DNA of 64,000 bases from Protoeuglena noctilucae (lineage: Eukaryota): contig OY253681.1 of NCBI GenBank assembly GCA_958009085.1, forward strand, positions 372,001 to 436,000, written 5' to 3'. Position numbers and translations under genes: made by a program. The notes beneath the pieces are model-generated. The model worked only from the letters and a program-made list of their open reading frames with translations. It did not search any database and was not told where the DNA came from. Of the stretch, positions 52,401 to 64,000 are shown piece by piece; within the stretch, counting starts at the first letter, position 1; every line of letters starts with the position of its first letter.

Positions 52401-53518
52401 TCTCTGCCCAGCCAGCAGCAGCAGCGACCGTGGTCTGGGTGCTATATTGCTGGCCGCCCCACATTGACACAAACACCACACCCCGCACCGCCTCCACCCA
52501 TCCCGCTCACCCGTGCCCAGCCTCCTCGCCAGCTCCTCCGCGCAGTAGGCCGCCCGCACTGCACACCGCGCCAGGGCGGCCTCTGCCTCCCCTGGCGTCT
52601 CTGGGTTGGCGCCTGGCCGTGGGAAGTCCTCTGGCAGGAACACGCAAATCATGGCGTCTCCCGCGAACTTGATCACCTCCCCCCCGTACTTGTAGAGCAC
52701 GGACATGGCTTTGCGGAAGTAGTCGTTTAGGGCGTTCACCAGGCTCTCCCCTCCGCTGCCACCTGACACAGTCAGCCTCTGCGGACGAAGGGCACGCAGC
52801 AGATGCCTCAGGGGAGCGCAGGGCGCAGCGGCGCCTCGCCCGCGTCATTCCATCGCCCAAACCTCACCTCCGTCAGCTCCGTGAAGCCCGTGACGTCCGC
52901 CACGAGCAGCCCAGCCACGGAGGCGTGCAGCGAGGGCCGCAGGGGCAGGTCGGCGGCGGGCGTGGGGCCACGGCAGGCCTCGACGGCCGCGGCGATGCGT
53001 TGCTGGAAGAAGTTGGGAATGAAAGGGACGAGGTCTTCCAGGTACGCGCGGTCCTCCGGCGTGTCCAGGGTCCTCGGCGCGTCGTCCTCGACCGCGTGCA
53101 GCGTGGCCAGCCGGTCCAGGCGGTTGTCGCGCTTGCCCTGGTACCGCCCGCTCTTCGAAGGCCCCTCTCCGTCTCCCCGGGACACGTCGGACGCCGCTGC
53201 CGGCCGCCGCCCTTGCTGGGCACCCCCGCTCCCCTCGAAGCTGCCCCGCGGCTCGCCCCGCTGGCGCCCCGGGCGGCGTAAGTGGTCGGCGATGAACCCG
53301 TCGAGTTTTTGAATGGAGGCTGAGCGAGCCGGGGCGATGCGGGCGCCGGTGCTCTGCCGCGCATCGGCGGTTGCGCTTGACCGGGGGCCCGCGGGGTCCA
53401 ACGAGTCGTGCCGGCCGTTCCTGCGTGGGCAGGGAACGAGAACGGGTTGCAGAGCTGCAGCAGTTGGCTTGCAGGTTCGCTGCCGTGAGGGCGAGAGGCA
53501 AGACCCTCACCAGCCCAT
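43494..53518 (-). CDS. Soluble adenylyl cyclase-like protein (two class III cyclase domains, STAND P-loop NTPase, helical C-terminus); 5' end uncertain
   Basis: C1: LLVADVTGFTELTE, LNDYF, GGEVIKFAGDAMICVF. C2: EVRMCSTMFIGL, QFRCCEKG, AFGLPGRSH, GIATG, EYTVFGNAINLSARLM. NTPase: LMGRDREL, VLEAHSGMGKS, VILLDDVQ, TQGHPL, RIDAL..EQLTLKVASILG, VRDVAYSL. Confidence 0.85.
45612..45691 (+). repeat. Degenerate G-rich hexamer repeat (TGAGGG and variants) in an intron
   Basis: GGGGGAGTGAGGGTGAGGGTGAGGGTGGGGGTGGTAAGGGTGGCAGTGGGGGTGGCAGTGAGGGTGAGGGT read directly. Confidence 0.8.
49118..49260. repeat. Imperfect tandem duplication spanning an intron-exon junction (64-nt offset)
   Basis: AAGGCCGATGAACTGC at 49118 and 49182, each followed by a similar GGGGAGGAGGGGTGGGTGG..AGTT..CAGGGTT.GTGGT tract. 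Confidence 0.85.
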
Positions 53519-54676
53519 GTTCTGCGCCCCCGAATGCTGCGTTTCACCGCGGGACCTGCCGCCTTCTCCTGAGGGTCCTGCGGATGAAAACAGGCTAGGC
53601 GCGCTGACCGCTTGCGAGGTGGCTCACAGGGGGCCTGTCGCGGGGCCACTGCGTCACCCCTAGGCTCCAGTGAGCCTTGAAAGCAAGTGCGGCACGCACC
53701 ATGCTCGTGGAGATGGGGACTCCATCCTCCAGGGGACTCGTCGGGGCCCCGGGATCGAGACGCAGCGGGCGAGGGCCTGTCTGCAATGCCACAACCGCTC
53801 TTCCTCGACCGCCAGGACCGCCCATGCCCAGCGAGACCCTCGCTCCCGTCACACGTTGTGTCAGGAAGCAGAGGGGTAGCGGCATCCGGGTGGGCGAACG
53901 ACTTATGTCTCGCAACCTCGTGAGCTGGCCGCTGCAACGCCCCGAGACCCTGCTGCTTGCTGCGGTCGACCGCTCCCGTTTGTGGCCCCTGCGCCCCGGC
54001 GCGGAGGCGGCTGCTTCGCCGCTGGCAGCGCCGGTGCAGGCCCCGCCAGGGGTGCGCAGAGCGGAGCTGAGACTTGCCCCCGCCCAAACGCACCGCCCTG
54101 ACAAATCCCCCCGGCTACGTGGGATTCCACTCACCGGCGCAGCGGGCTGCCTCTCCTCGCGCTCCCACGGAGAACGTCCTTCGCCCGCTCATCTCTGGCC
54201 GTGGGTTCGGCCCCCGGGCTGAGCAGGCTCGCTTCGTCGACCGCCCCGCCCCCCACGAGGACCGGCTCCACCCCCATTTCGAACCCCGCGACGCTAGGTC
54301 GCCGCGCAGACAGCGGGCCGCATGTGCCCTGGGCTCATCAATCCATGGCTCGCGTCTGGAGTCGCTAACACCACCAAACCCGCATCCACCGCGAATGATT
54401 GCGCACAGCACAGCTGGGGCTGCCTTACTCGTGGTCGGGTAAGACACCCAAATCTGACACCCGAAAACGACCGACGACGTGGCGCAATGACTTACTTCAA
54501 CATCGTCGCATTCGCCAGCACACGTTTCGATGGGTGGGACGCGCGGGCGTCACCAGAGCGAGGGCTCTGGGCTTTCAGAGGTTTTCCCAGCATATCATGC
54601 GGCACCAGAGAAGAGGGAGCGCAGAGGGAGGCGGAAAAGCTCCCGAGGTAGGCAGCCAGCGGCGGATCGCCGCAGC

Positions 54677-57574
54677 TCAGCTGACGGTGCGGCCGTACGC
54701 GACGCCGGCGATGTAAAGGTTCTTCGCCCACTTCTCCTGCGCGGGCGCGGAGGGGGCCGCCGATCACCGCACGCTCGCAATCACATGACCAATGCGCATC
54801 CGGGCTCCCGGGCCAACGGCTCGCCTTGACGTGGGCGGACGGGAAGGCCGACGTGCGCAGCGTCTCCTGCGTCTCGTCAAAGGCGTGCCAGCGGGGCATG
54901 GACAGCACGAAGGCGGCCTGGTCCTGCGTCGACGCGCACGCCGTGATGCGGAAGCCGGCGTCCCACCGGCGGTGGATGCCCTCTGCGGGGGCGGACGCAG
55001 CACCCATGGGGACGTGACACGTGCTCGGCAGCCTGCCTCCGGGCGCCTCGCAGGCACCGCGAAGCGAGGGCATCTCGAGCGCGTTGCGCACCTGAAGGGT
55101 ACTGGAAGTCGAGCTCCACGCACTGGTCGACGAATTCGGCGTTGCGCGACATGACGACCGCCCACCGCGTGTGCGACGTGGCCATGCACGTGATGTAGAA
55201 GCCCTCCTTCCACTTCTTGTTGATCCACTTGAAGGGGAACGAGTCGGACACCTTGTACGACTGCTGCGTGTAGGGCGTCCCCTGGGACATTACCACGAAC
55301 GACGAACCCGACGCCGCGCCTGCCATCGCCGTGATGTAGTAGCCCTCCTGCGGGGGAGAGGAGGGTCAGAGTGTTTGGAGACGCGCAACCCGCAACACGC
55401 AAGGGAGCATCGCAGTGCCCCGTGTGGGCTCCCCACGACGTGCGCCACCGATGCGCCAATCCAGCCGCTCGCCTCCCATCGCTCCATGATCCAATCCTTG
55501 GGGAGGAACTGGGTCGAGAGGTGGAACATCTGCGAGGTGAAGCCCGTGCCGGCGTCCATGATGAGCGCCCACAGCTCCTGGCAGCAGGCCACGCACGAGA
55601 CGAAGAGGCCGTCGTCGTTGCCCTTCTCCACGTGCTGCGCCACGCGCGTGCTGGCCACGTTGTAGTGGTACCGCTGCTTCATCGGCTTCCGCGCGTTGTA
55701 CACCGTGATCCACTGCTGCGCCGGCAGGCCCAGCCGGACCTTCTTCTGCGTGCGGGAGGCGAGGGCAGGTCCGACGCAGCACCGCAGCTGCCAACGCAGT
55801 AGGGCCCAGCCCGTCCCGCAGCTCCGAGCTCGCGTGTTCGGCATCGACCACTCGCCTTGGGCAGCACCAGCTCCTCCTCCGCCTCCAGCTCCCTCGGGCG
55901 CTTCTGCCCGACCTTCTCCAGCCCCTCGAGCAGGATGGGCCGCTGCGGGCCGGCCTGAGTCAGCTGCAGGAACCACATGCGGAACACGGCGTATTTGGGC
56001 TCCTCGTCAAACTGCGGGGAGGGAGGCACGGGTGGGTCATTAAACGGATGTGGCACCACTGCCGGCAGCCGACCCCGTGCTGCCCAGCCGTGCCCGGCCG
56101 CGCGCCCGCACCTTGGTGTTGATCACGGCCTCGGCGAACTGCTTGAAGGCCGGGGGGCAGTAGCGGCAGAGCTGGTCGGGGGACGTCTGCATCTTCTTCT
56201 TGCACACCAGGTAGCCCTTGTTGTCGCCCTGGTAGCCCTGCCACGGGAGGCGCCCGCGCAGCAGGAAGAGCAGCGTGTAGGCCAGGGACTCGAGGTCGTC
56301 GCGGCGGCTGGCCGTGCGCCCCAGGTGGGCGTGCACCGAGGCGTAGCGGACCGTGCCGCGGAAGACGTCCGGCCGCTGGTCGTACTCGACGTGCTGGCCG
56401 CAGAGGGGGTCGCGCCAGCGCGTGGCGAGGCCCAGGTCGACGAGGAAGAGGCGCTTCTCGTTCTGGGTGCCGGGCAGGCCCAGCAGGAAGTTCTCGGGCT
56501 TGACGTCCCCGTGCACGAACCCCTTGCCGTGCAGGGCCTCGAGGATGCACAGCGCCTCGATGGCGATGCAGGCCACCATCTCCTGCGTCATGCTCTGCCC
56601 CTGGTTGTTCCAGACGTCCCACAGCGAAGGCCCCAGCATGTCCATGACCATGATGTAGTAGTCGGACTGGCGGCCCTTGAAGTGGACCTGCGGGATGCCG
56701 TGCACGCCGCCCAGCGACTGGTACACGGACCACTCGTACGGCGGGTGCCCGAACGAGCAGCCCTTGCTGCTCCGGTGCTCGAACTTGAGCGCCACCAAAT
56801 TCGCACTGGGCCCGACCACCTCCTGCAGCCGAGCAGGCGGGACTCAGGTCGGCGGACACGCGAGCGGGGCCGACATGCGCTGCCGGCGAGCGGCAGCGAC
56901 GCGCACCTTGGTGGGCTGCGCCCTTCGCCCCACGTAGACTTGCCCGAACCCGCCCTTCCCCAACTTCTTCTCGACCACGTACACCGGAGAGCCCCCGACT
57001 TGGACCTGCGAGCCGAGGAAGGAACGCGTGATAAAGCTAGGCGCACCGGGCGCTACGCCGCGGGCAGAGCGGCCTGTTCGATGAGCGCGTCAAGGTCCAG
57101 CGTGCCCCGCAAGGCGTGCGGCGCACGCCCGGCCCCGTCGAGATCGTCTCCCGGCGCGCTGCGACCCCCGACGCCGAGGCCGGAATGGGCTTCGCGGGAG
57201 GATGCGGGGCCGGGCGCAGGGCCGCGCCCGAGTCCAGGAATCCGAAGCTCAACAAAGGCAGCTACCAGGGCACGGCGCGGCCCACTCCCGGGCCCCGCCA
57301 TCGCGCATGCCACGAGCACACCACCCTGAGACCGTCAGCGGCGACCGAGCCTGCCCACCTTCTCGGGGACGGGCGCGGTTGAGGCCTCCTCCTCCTTTGC
57401 CACGACTGGGGGGGGAGAGAGGGCCGGGATGATCACAGCCATTCAAGGTTCAGGCGCAAATGTCGTCGCCAGCCGCGGCCAGGGCCCGCTCGCGCCGGTG
57501 CTCGCAACGGCTTCCGCACCATTCTCCGCGTCCCCCCGCGAGGGCTTCTTGCCCCCGTTATCCGCCACGGGCAT
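54677..57574 (-). CDS. MUT9: MUT9-like / photoregulatory protein kinase (MLK/PPK, casein kinase 1-like)
   Basis: [76 protein letters not shown]. Family-specific C-terminal domain [55 protein letters not shown]. Confidence 0.93.
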
Positions 57575-58025
57575 GCTTACGCCACCCGTCGCGAGGCCCG
57601 GATAGCGCGTGAGCGGTGGCTTTCCTTCCCGGCTCGACCGTTGTCCACAGCGCACCGACAGATGCAGCCGTTGGGAAATAAGCGCGACCTTTCTGACGGG
57701 GGCAGCGCGACCGCGTCCCGGCTGGCGTGCGGGGGGGGCCGGGGGGCGCCCTCCTTGACCAAAGTCAGACCAGGGCCGGGCCGGCAAGGCCTGTGGACGA
57801 AAGCCCAGTCCGGACAGACTTCCGCATTTTATTTGGCAGAAGAATATCTGAGGAAGCCGTATCCGACACAACTCACATCGCCGTGGGATCCTTGCCCCGC
57901 GTCCCCCACACGCTCCTGCATTCCCGGCTCTGCTCGCTGCGAGTCCACGGAAACGGTTTCGTGCAGCTACCCACACGCGCACGCCCCGGGCTGCGGCCTG
58001 CGTGCCTCGGGAGGCCGAGCGCTTC

Positions 58026-59382
58026 ATGTCGTTCCACGACTACGTTCGCAAGGGCGGCGGGATGCCGCGGGTGCAGGGAGGCAAGAAGGTGGACAGCGTC
58101 TCCGTGCCGAACCGCGGGCCGTCGAGGGCGAATGCGGGGGAGGGGGACGCGTCCACCAGCGGACGCGGGGTCGAGTCCATCGCGTCCATCATTTTCTCCA
58201 CATCTAGCAAGGTGACGCATGGCCCGACTTTGCTTGATGTTCTGTCGACACGAGGGGGGGCGTTCTGAGCTGCATTGACGGGGCAGCAGGGCCCAGCACT
58301 GTGAACCTGCCGGGGCTCGTGCAGGTCACGCGGTTCAAGCGCATGATCGACGCGCTGGGTGGCCCCACGGACACCGTGAGCCATCGGAAGTCCCTCAAGG
58401 TCACGGCGGACGATATTATCGCCTCGGCGGACAAGGCCAACCATCTGCTCAAGACGTGCTCGACCGAGCAGGGGGGCACGGCAGCCACGGTGCGTGGCTT
58501 GCGGGGCCAGGGCGCGGCCGGGGGCCGCGCGAGCTCTGCTGCTCACTCGTTCGAGCCCTCCCGCGCAGCCCAAGCTCGTCAGCGACCTGCGGGGCGTGCT
58601 ATACGACTTCTACCAGGCCCAGCAACTCTGCGCCAAGTGGGAGGCGGCATACGAGCCCAAACCCGACTTCGTGCCGGGTAACGAGGCGTCCTGTTCGCGC
58701 GTAAGGTGGTCTTTGCGGTGCCGCGCGTTCTGACTGCAGCCCGCGCGTCCATCGCAGAGGAGGCTGCGGTGGCTGAGGCCGACCCAGGGCACGAGGAGCG
58801 CCTGCAGTTGCTGCAAGAACAGAAGGCCAAGTCGCAGCGCCTGGACCGGGAAATCGAGCATCGGGAGGCCATCTTGGAGGAGCGGGACCGTGGCATTCGC
58901 GAGGTGCGTGGCTCGGGGCAGGTGCCGCCCTGCGACGGTGGCAGCAACGCGTTCCCAGACCTCATCCGCATCTCTTATGCCGATCGCAGATCCAGCAGCA
59001 GATCGGGGAGGTGAATGAGATCTTCCGGGACCTGGCGGTGCTCGTGAACGACCAGGGGGAGCAGCTCTACGACATCGAAGAGGCGGTGGTGAACGCGGCC
59101 GACCGCACCAAGCAGGCGAGAGGGGCCAGGCCAGGCCCAGTGCTTTGCTGTCACAACTGAAAGCGCTTCCCCACGAAGATTTCGTGCTGCCAGAGATGCT
59201 CCTGTGCGGCCCTGACCTCATTATTCTGTGCCAAACCCTGTTAGTGCTTTGCCGCTGTGCTGCAGGCGGAGGAGCACTTGCAGGGGGCGTCCCGCTTTCA
59301 CCGCAAACAGTGCACGTACCTCCTGGTGCTTCTATGCACGGTCGGCATCGGGATGTTCGTGCTGTTTGCCCTCCTGCACTGA
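58026..59382 (+). CDS. Qa-SNARE syntaxin, SYP2/PEP12/VAM3 type
   Basis: MSFHD start, FKRMIDALGGPTDT, KLVSDL, EAILEERDRGIRE|IQQQIGEVNEIFRDLAVLVNDQGEQLYDIE SNARE motif, C-terminal transmembrane segment YLLVLLCTVGIGMFVLFALLH*. Confidence 0.88.
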
Positions 59383-59613
59383 GTCAGCATGCGGTGGGCA
59401 CGCCCACGATCACGCTTACAGCGCCCGTGAGCTGGCGCGTCCAAGTCAACATACGCATGTGGTTTGTTGAAGAGTTACCAGCAAACCGTAACTAGCAAAG
59501 CCTCTCAGCTGTCTGCGACTGCAACAGGACCGCACTGCAACAAGGGTTCGCCAATGTACACGTAAACGAGGCCCTGTTTCGGTGGGCCATAGGCACAGGA
59601 TATGTCGTTCGCT

Positions 59614-61650
59614 TCAGCTGCTCTTGGCAGCAGACGCAGAGAATGCCGTCTCGCTCAGGTGCAAGTGGTTGCGCATCTGTGGAGAGCGAGCGAGGGAGTT
59701 GGTTGAAAGCACGGGTGCACTCCGCAAACATTCGCCAACCAGTTTGCCTTGCTTGCGTTTCTTACCTGCAGCAGCTGCTCGGCCTCCACTTGCGGAAAGA
59801 TAATCTCCCGACAGTCTGCAGCGCGAAGTTGAAAGACGAATTCTCTTGGCCATCCCTGGCACCTGCAACACCACGACTGTTCACAACCCGCCGGCGTGCC
59901 CGCTCACCCGTGAACTTGCACTCGTGCGGGCAGTAGGGGCATTTGAAGGGCCGAATCCTCTCTTTCTTCGCGATCGACTGGATGCTCTCCTTGCTCAGCA
60001 CGTGCCCGCACGGCAGCGCCATCGGGGGGTTGTCCTTTGTGCTCTGGTCTTTGCTAACGGGGCAGGCGAAGATGGAGTGGAAGTAGTACTCGCGACCGAG
60101 CTCCAGCTCCACTGGCAGCTGCTGGCACGTCTGCACAGAGCCGAGAGGGGTGGGGGCTCAGTGCCGATGGCCCTTGCCACATGCCGCTGGGACTATCATA
60201 CGTAAGCCCGAAACAATTAGGTAGTTCCAGGGCCCAGATTGAGGTAAAGCCGATAAGTCTGTGCAACACTGTGCGGGAGAGGCTAGTGCAAGGGCTCGCA
60301 TAACATCCGTACGTGCCCACACGCACGCACCTGGAAATCGATGGCCCCGCCCTTCATCTTGGAGACCTTGAGCAGCATGGGCAGGACGGTCGCCCCCGCC
60401 GCCACAGACACAAGCAGGGGTGACTCGGCCGCTTGGCCCAGGAGCGCGCACGACTGACGCGCAACCTCCTCCGCCGCTGCCTGCCACATGCGCTTCGACA
60501 ACAGGTCTCTCCGGGGCGCTCTGTCCAAGGAACCTGCGAGTGAGATGCAAGCCGAGCCACGCGTTACTCTGAGCCACACGCGGTCGCACGTGCCAAAGTC
60601 GCGGCCGCGTCAAGCACATACGCACAGCTTGTGCGTGTCACCTGTCCACAGCACCAGCCCCATGAGCTGTTGGATGTCCTCCAGATGCCGAACAGCAAAC
60701 GGCCCAAACACCTCCCGCGCGTACACGATGGCTGCGGCGCGGCCCTGGTGCTCCAGCAAGTGCAGGAAATGCAGGCGGTGCAGCATGAACTCCAAATGCC
60801 CCTCCCCGCCCATGCCTTTCTGGTTCGTCTGGGCCCACTTGAGCGCCGGCTGCACGTTGCGACGGTCCAACTCCTGCGATGGTCGACACGAAGCCGCACG
60901 ACTGTGTGTGGGTCCCAGCCAGGGCCAGCATGTCTGCAGCTCGTCTATGCACGGACATCATGATACAGCAAAAACATCCTCGCCCACCCCCTCACGCTCA
61001 GAATGACGTGGAGCTCTTGGAACGGCTTGCGGAGGCTCTCGTAGTCCTGCACACCCGCTTCCTGGGAGAACGTCTCGCCGACACGGAAGCGGGCCTCGCG
61101 GAAGAAGTGCTGCGAGCAGCTGAGGGCGGCAGGTCAGGCCGGCCTTCCAGCGCCACACGCCCGAGCTCTCAGCGCCGCCGAGGGCAGCCACCGACCTCGG
61201 CGATGACGCGATTCAAGGACACCTTGTCCATGTCGACCCCACGGCACGCCGCACTGATGTCCGGGTGCACGAGCTCGTCCATCTTCTTCCCGACCTTGCT
61301 CACGGCGTTGTACGCAGCGTGCGACGCATCCTTCACGCGTTCCTTGAAGTTACCCTCCTGCGACACGTCAACACGAAACGAACCATCGACGGACGACTCG
61401 GATGGGCTCCGGCGCGGGGTAGGCGACCGCGCGTGGCCCAACCGTCCACGCTCGCCTTCAGGCGCTCGAGCAGCGCATCCTTGACGCCATCCTGTGAGCC
61501 GCTGGCGTCGATGCGATCGCGATGCTCCCGCAACACCGCGAGGAGCTCGTCCAACGCGTCGTCGGTCCCGCTAGAGGCCTGCGCGTACTTCCTCTGCGCC
61601 CGCTCCCAGTCTTTTAGAACCGACGCCACGTCCGCGGGTCCCCCCTCCAT
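59614..61650 (-). CDS. RMND5: CTLH/GID complex RING subunit RMND5/GID2
   Basis: LNRVIAEHFFREAR (LisH-like), ALKWAQTN, LEFMLHRLHFL, AIVYARE, EDIQQLMG, SPLLVSVAAG..LPML, QLPVELELGREYYFHSIFACPVSKDQSTKDNPPMALPCGHVLS..FKCPYCP (degenerate RING). Confidence 0.92.
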
Positions 61651-62095
61651 CTCGCCCTCGCGAAATCAAGCTGACGCCGCGCCTACGCCAGCCCAGCAAC
61701 GCTAGGGTGCCCAGGGTGACCCAGCGGGGTGATGAAACAGTCCCGCCTTTTGGATACCGTGAGGGGCGCGGGGACGCAGCTCATGAGCGAGAGGTCATGT
61801 TTGCGAACGACTCGGCCGGACCCGGGCAATACCGCCCCGACGAAGCGACTGGCACGAACACACGCCCGCTGGTGTTGCGCCCGGGAGGAGAAGGCGTCCA
61901 CGGCGGGGCTGCTTGTGCCAATCTGCGTGTGGAGGTAGCGATTGAGCTCCACCGCTGGTGCAACAAAGCCTGTCCTCCCTCGCGTGGTCTGCGTGGGCCC
62001 GGTTGCTCGCGTACGGCACCCCCGGCGCACCCCTGACCGCCGCGGGCCCGGATTCGGTGTAGCCTTACGTTGTATGGGTCACACCTGAAACGGTC

Positions 62096-64000
62096 ATGAA
62101 CAACGGGCCCCCTGGAGGGCCCCCGTACGGGGGCCCAGGGGTCCCTGGAGGACCGCCCCCGCCCATGATGCCTCCGCCCATGGGGCCGCCTCCCACCGGC
62201 CCTCCCGGCTTCATGCACGGCTACCCAATGCATGCGCCTCCTGGTCCGGGCTACATGGTCCCTCCTCCGCCCGGGGGACCTCCCCCCCAGGCACCCCCGC
62301 CCGCCGCGCCGCTGGATCCCCAGGCCGCGCTCGAGGCCAAGGTGAGGCCCCGCGCGCCGTTAAATAAGCTCATGAATGCGGTTTGCCTCTCCGCTCCGCC
62401 ATCCGCGCGGAGGCGGTGGCGAAAGAGCTTCCGGTTTCTCGACCGTGGTCCGTCCGGCGACCCCGGACCCCCGATGCCCCCCGATGTGTGCTTGTGGGAT
62501 CGTTCCCAGCTTCATGCGCCTATGGCTGCCGCATCAGCGCTGCGAGAGGCTTCGGGACGCCGAGGGGCGCTGCGCTGGGCAGAACGCCCCCTTCCCCGCG
62601 ATCTGCGCTCCCAGGGCCCCTTTCGGCCCGGGAACGGCTCACCAGGGGACTCTTGCAACAGATCTTGTCCGCGCCCCCCGCTCCCCGCAGGCGCGCAAGT
62701 GGTCCCAGCTGCAGAAGAAGCGGTACGGCCCCAAGATGCGTTTCGGGGCCGTGCAGGCGCAGAAGGACGACATGCCCCCTGACCACGTGCGCAAGATCAT
62801 CCGGGACCACGGCGACATGACGTCGAAGAAGTTCCGCGCCGACAAGCGCGTGTACCTGGGCGCGCTCAAGTACGTGCCCCACGCTGTCTTCAAGCTCCTG
62901 GAGAACATGCCCATGCCTTGGGAGAACATCCGCTTCGTGCGCGTCCTCTACCACGTCACGGGCGCCATCACCTTCGTCAACGAGATCCCGCGCGTCATCG
63001 AGCCCGTCTTCTTGGCCCAGGTGGGGGCAGGGCGACGCTCGCTGCTGGGGCGCCACTCTCTGCCCGGCTTTGGGGCAGCGCATGCTAGATGCTGCGTGCT
63101 CATCTGCAATGGCCGGAGGCCCCTGGCTGAGTCGCTGAAGGGACTGCATGGGTTTACACGCGCCCTTCCTCTCTGGTCGCGCAGTGGGGCACGATGTGGA
63201 TCATGATGCGCCGGGAGAAGCGCGACCGCCGCCACTTCAAGCGCATGCGCTTCCCGCCCTTCGACGACGAGGAGCCCCCGCTGGACTACTCGGACAACAT
63301 CCTGGATGTCGAGCCCCTGGACCCCATCCGCATGGAGCTCGACCCAGAGGAGGACGCCGCCGTCGCCGAGTGGTTCTACGAGTCCCGGCCGCTGCAGTAC
63401 TCCAAGGCGAGGACGAGGGTGCTTGCGGATGCTCGCGGGTGCATGGGCGGGGCGCACGCGTCGGGCGGGCTGCTAACTGTGCTGCTCGCCTCTCAGACCC
63501 TTGCCTCTCTCCTTGCCCCTTGTCCATGTCTCCCTATCTCTCGCACCTCCCTCCACCCACCCTTCACCCCCGCCCGCCCTCCACCCCGCAGTTCGTCAAC
63601 GGCCCGTCGTACAAGCGCTGGCGCCTCCCGCTGCCCGTGATGGCGACGCTGTACCGCCTCGCTGGCCAGCTCCTCTCCGACCTCATGGACCGCAACTACT
63701 TCTACCTTTTCGAGTTCTCGTCGTTTGTCACGGCCAAGTCCCTCAACATGGCCATCCCGGGGGGTCCCAAGTTCGAACCGCTGTTCCGCGACATGGACCT
63801 GGCCGACGAGGACTGGAACGAATTCAACGACATCAACAAGCTCATCATCCGCACGCCCATCCGCACCGAGTACCGCGTGGCCTTCCCCTACCTGTACAAC
63901 AACCGCCCCCGCAAGGTCTGCCTGGCGCCCTACCACCACCCCATGGTCATGTACGTCAAGGTGGAGGACCCCGACCTCCCGGCCTACTACTACGACCCCG
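62096..64000 (+). CDS. PRP8: Pre-mRNA splicing factor PRP8, 5' part (continues beyond the window end)
   Basis: Pro-rich N-terminus, then [115 protein letters not shown]. Confidence 0.97.

Noticed and set aside
62096..62341. Pro/Gly-rich N-terminus as a separate repeat protein
   Set aside because: It splices in frame to PRP8, and Pro-rich N-terminal extensions are known in plant and fungal Prp8.

Overview
GC-rich, gene-dense eukaryotic nuclear DNA, most likely a green alga (Chlorophyta; inferred from a MUT9/MLK/PPK kinase, GDP-mannose 3',5'-epimerase, an FHY/RFK fusion, an SPX-only protein and a DTC carrier). I rebuilt 20 intron-containing genes by hand, checking splice phases. In order: RecQ-family helicase (partial, missing from the ORF track), FHY/RFK, MYG1, DTC carrier, rhomboid-like protein, UBE2H/Ubc8-type E2, RRM protein, MCM8, ubiquitin-like protein, transportin-SR, SPX protein, RPT1, NEDD1-like WD40, GME, beta-helix protein, a giant soluble-adenylyl-cyclase-like STAND protein, MUT9-like kinase, SYP2-type syntaxin, RMND5/GID2 and PRP8 (partial). 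I found no tRNA, rRNA, CRISPR array or transposon. Points most worth following up: (1) at least 24 GC-AG introns, all with exonic AG before the donor; (2) the sAC-like cyclase, with a ~240-aa insertion in C1 and a duplicated, frameshifting 3' splice site at the start of C2; (3) an SPX protein with a remodelled inositol-phosphate-binding surface; (4) a rhomboid pseudoprotease; (5) an atypical ubiquitin-like protein; (6) very tight same-strand gene pairs that could be bicistronic. All family calls come from motif recognition by eye; no searches were run. CDS spans include introns.
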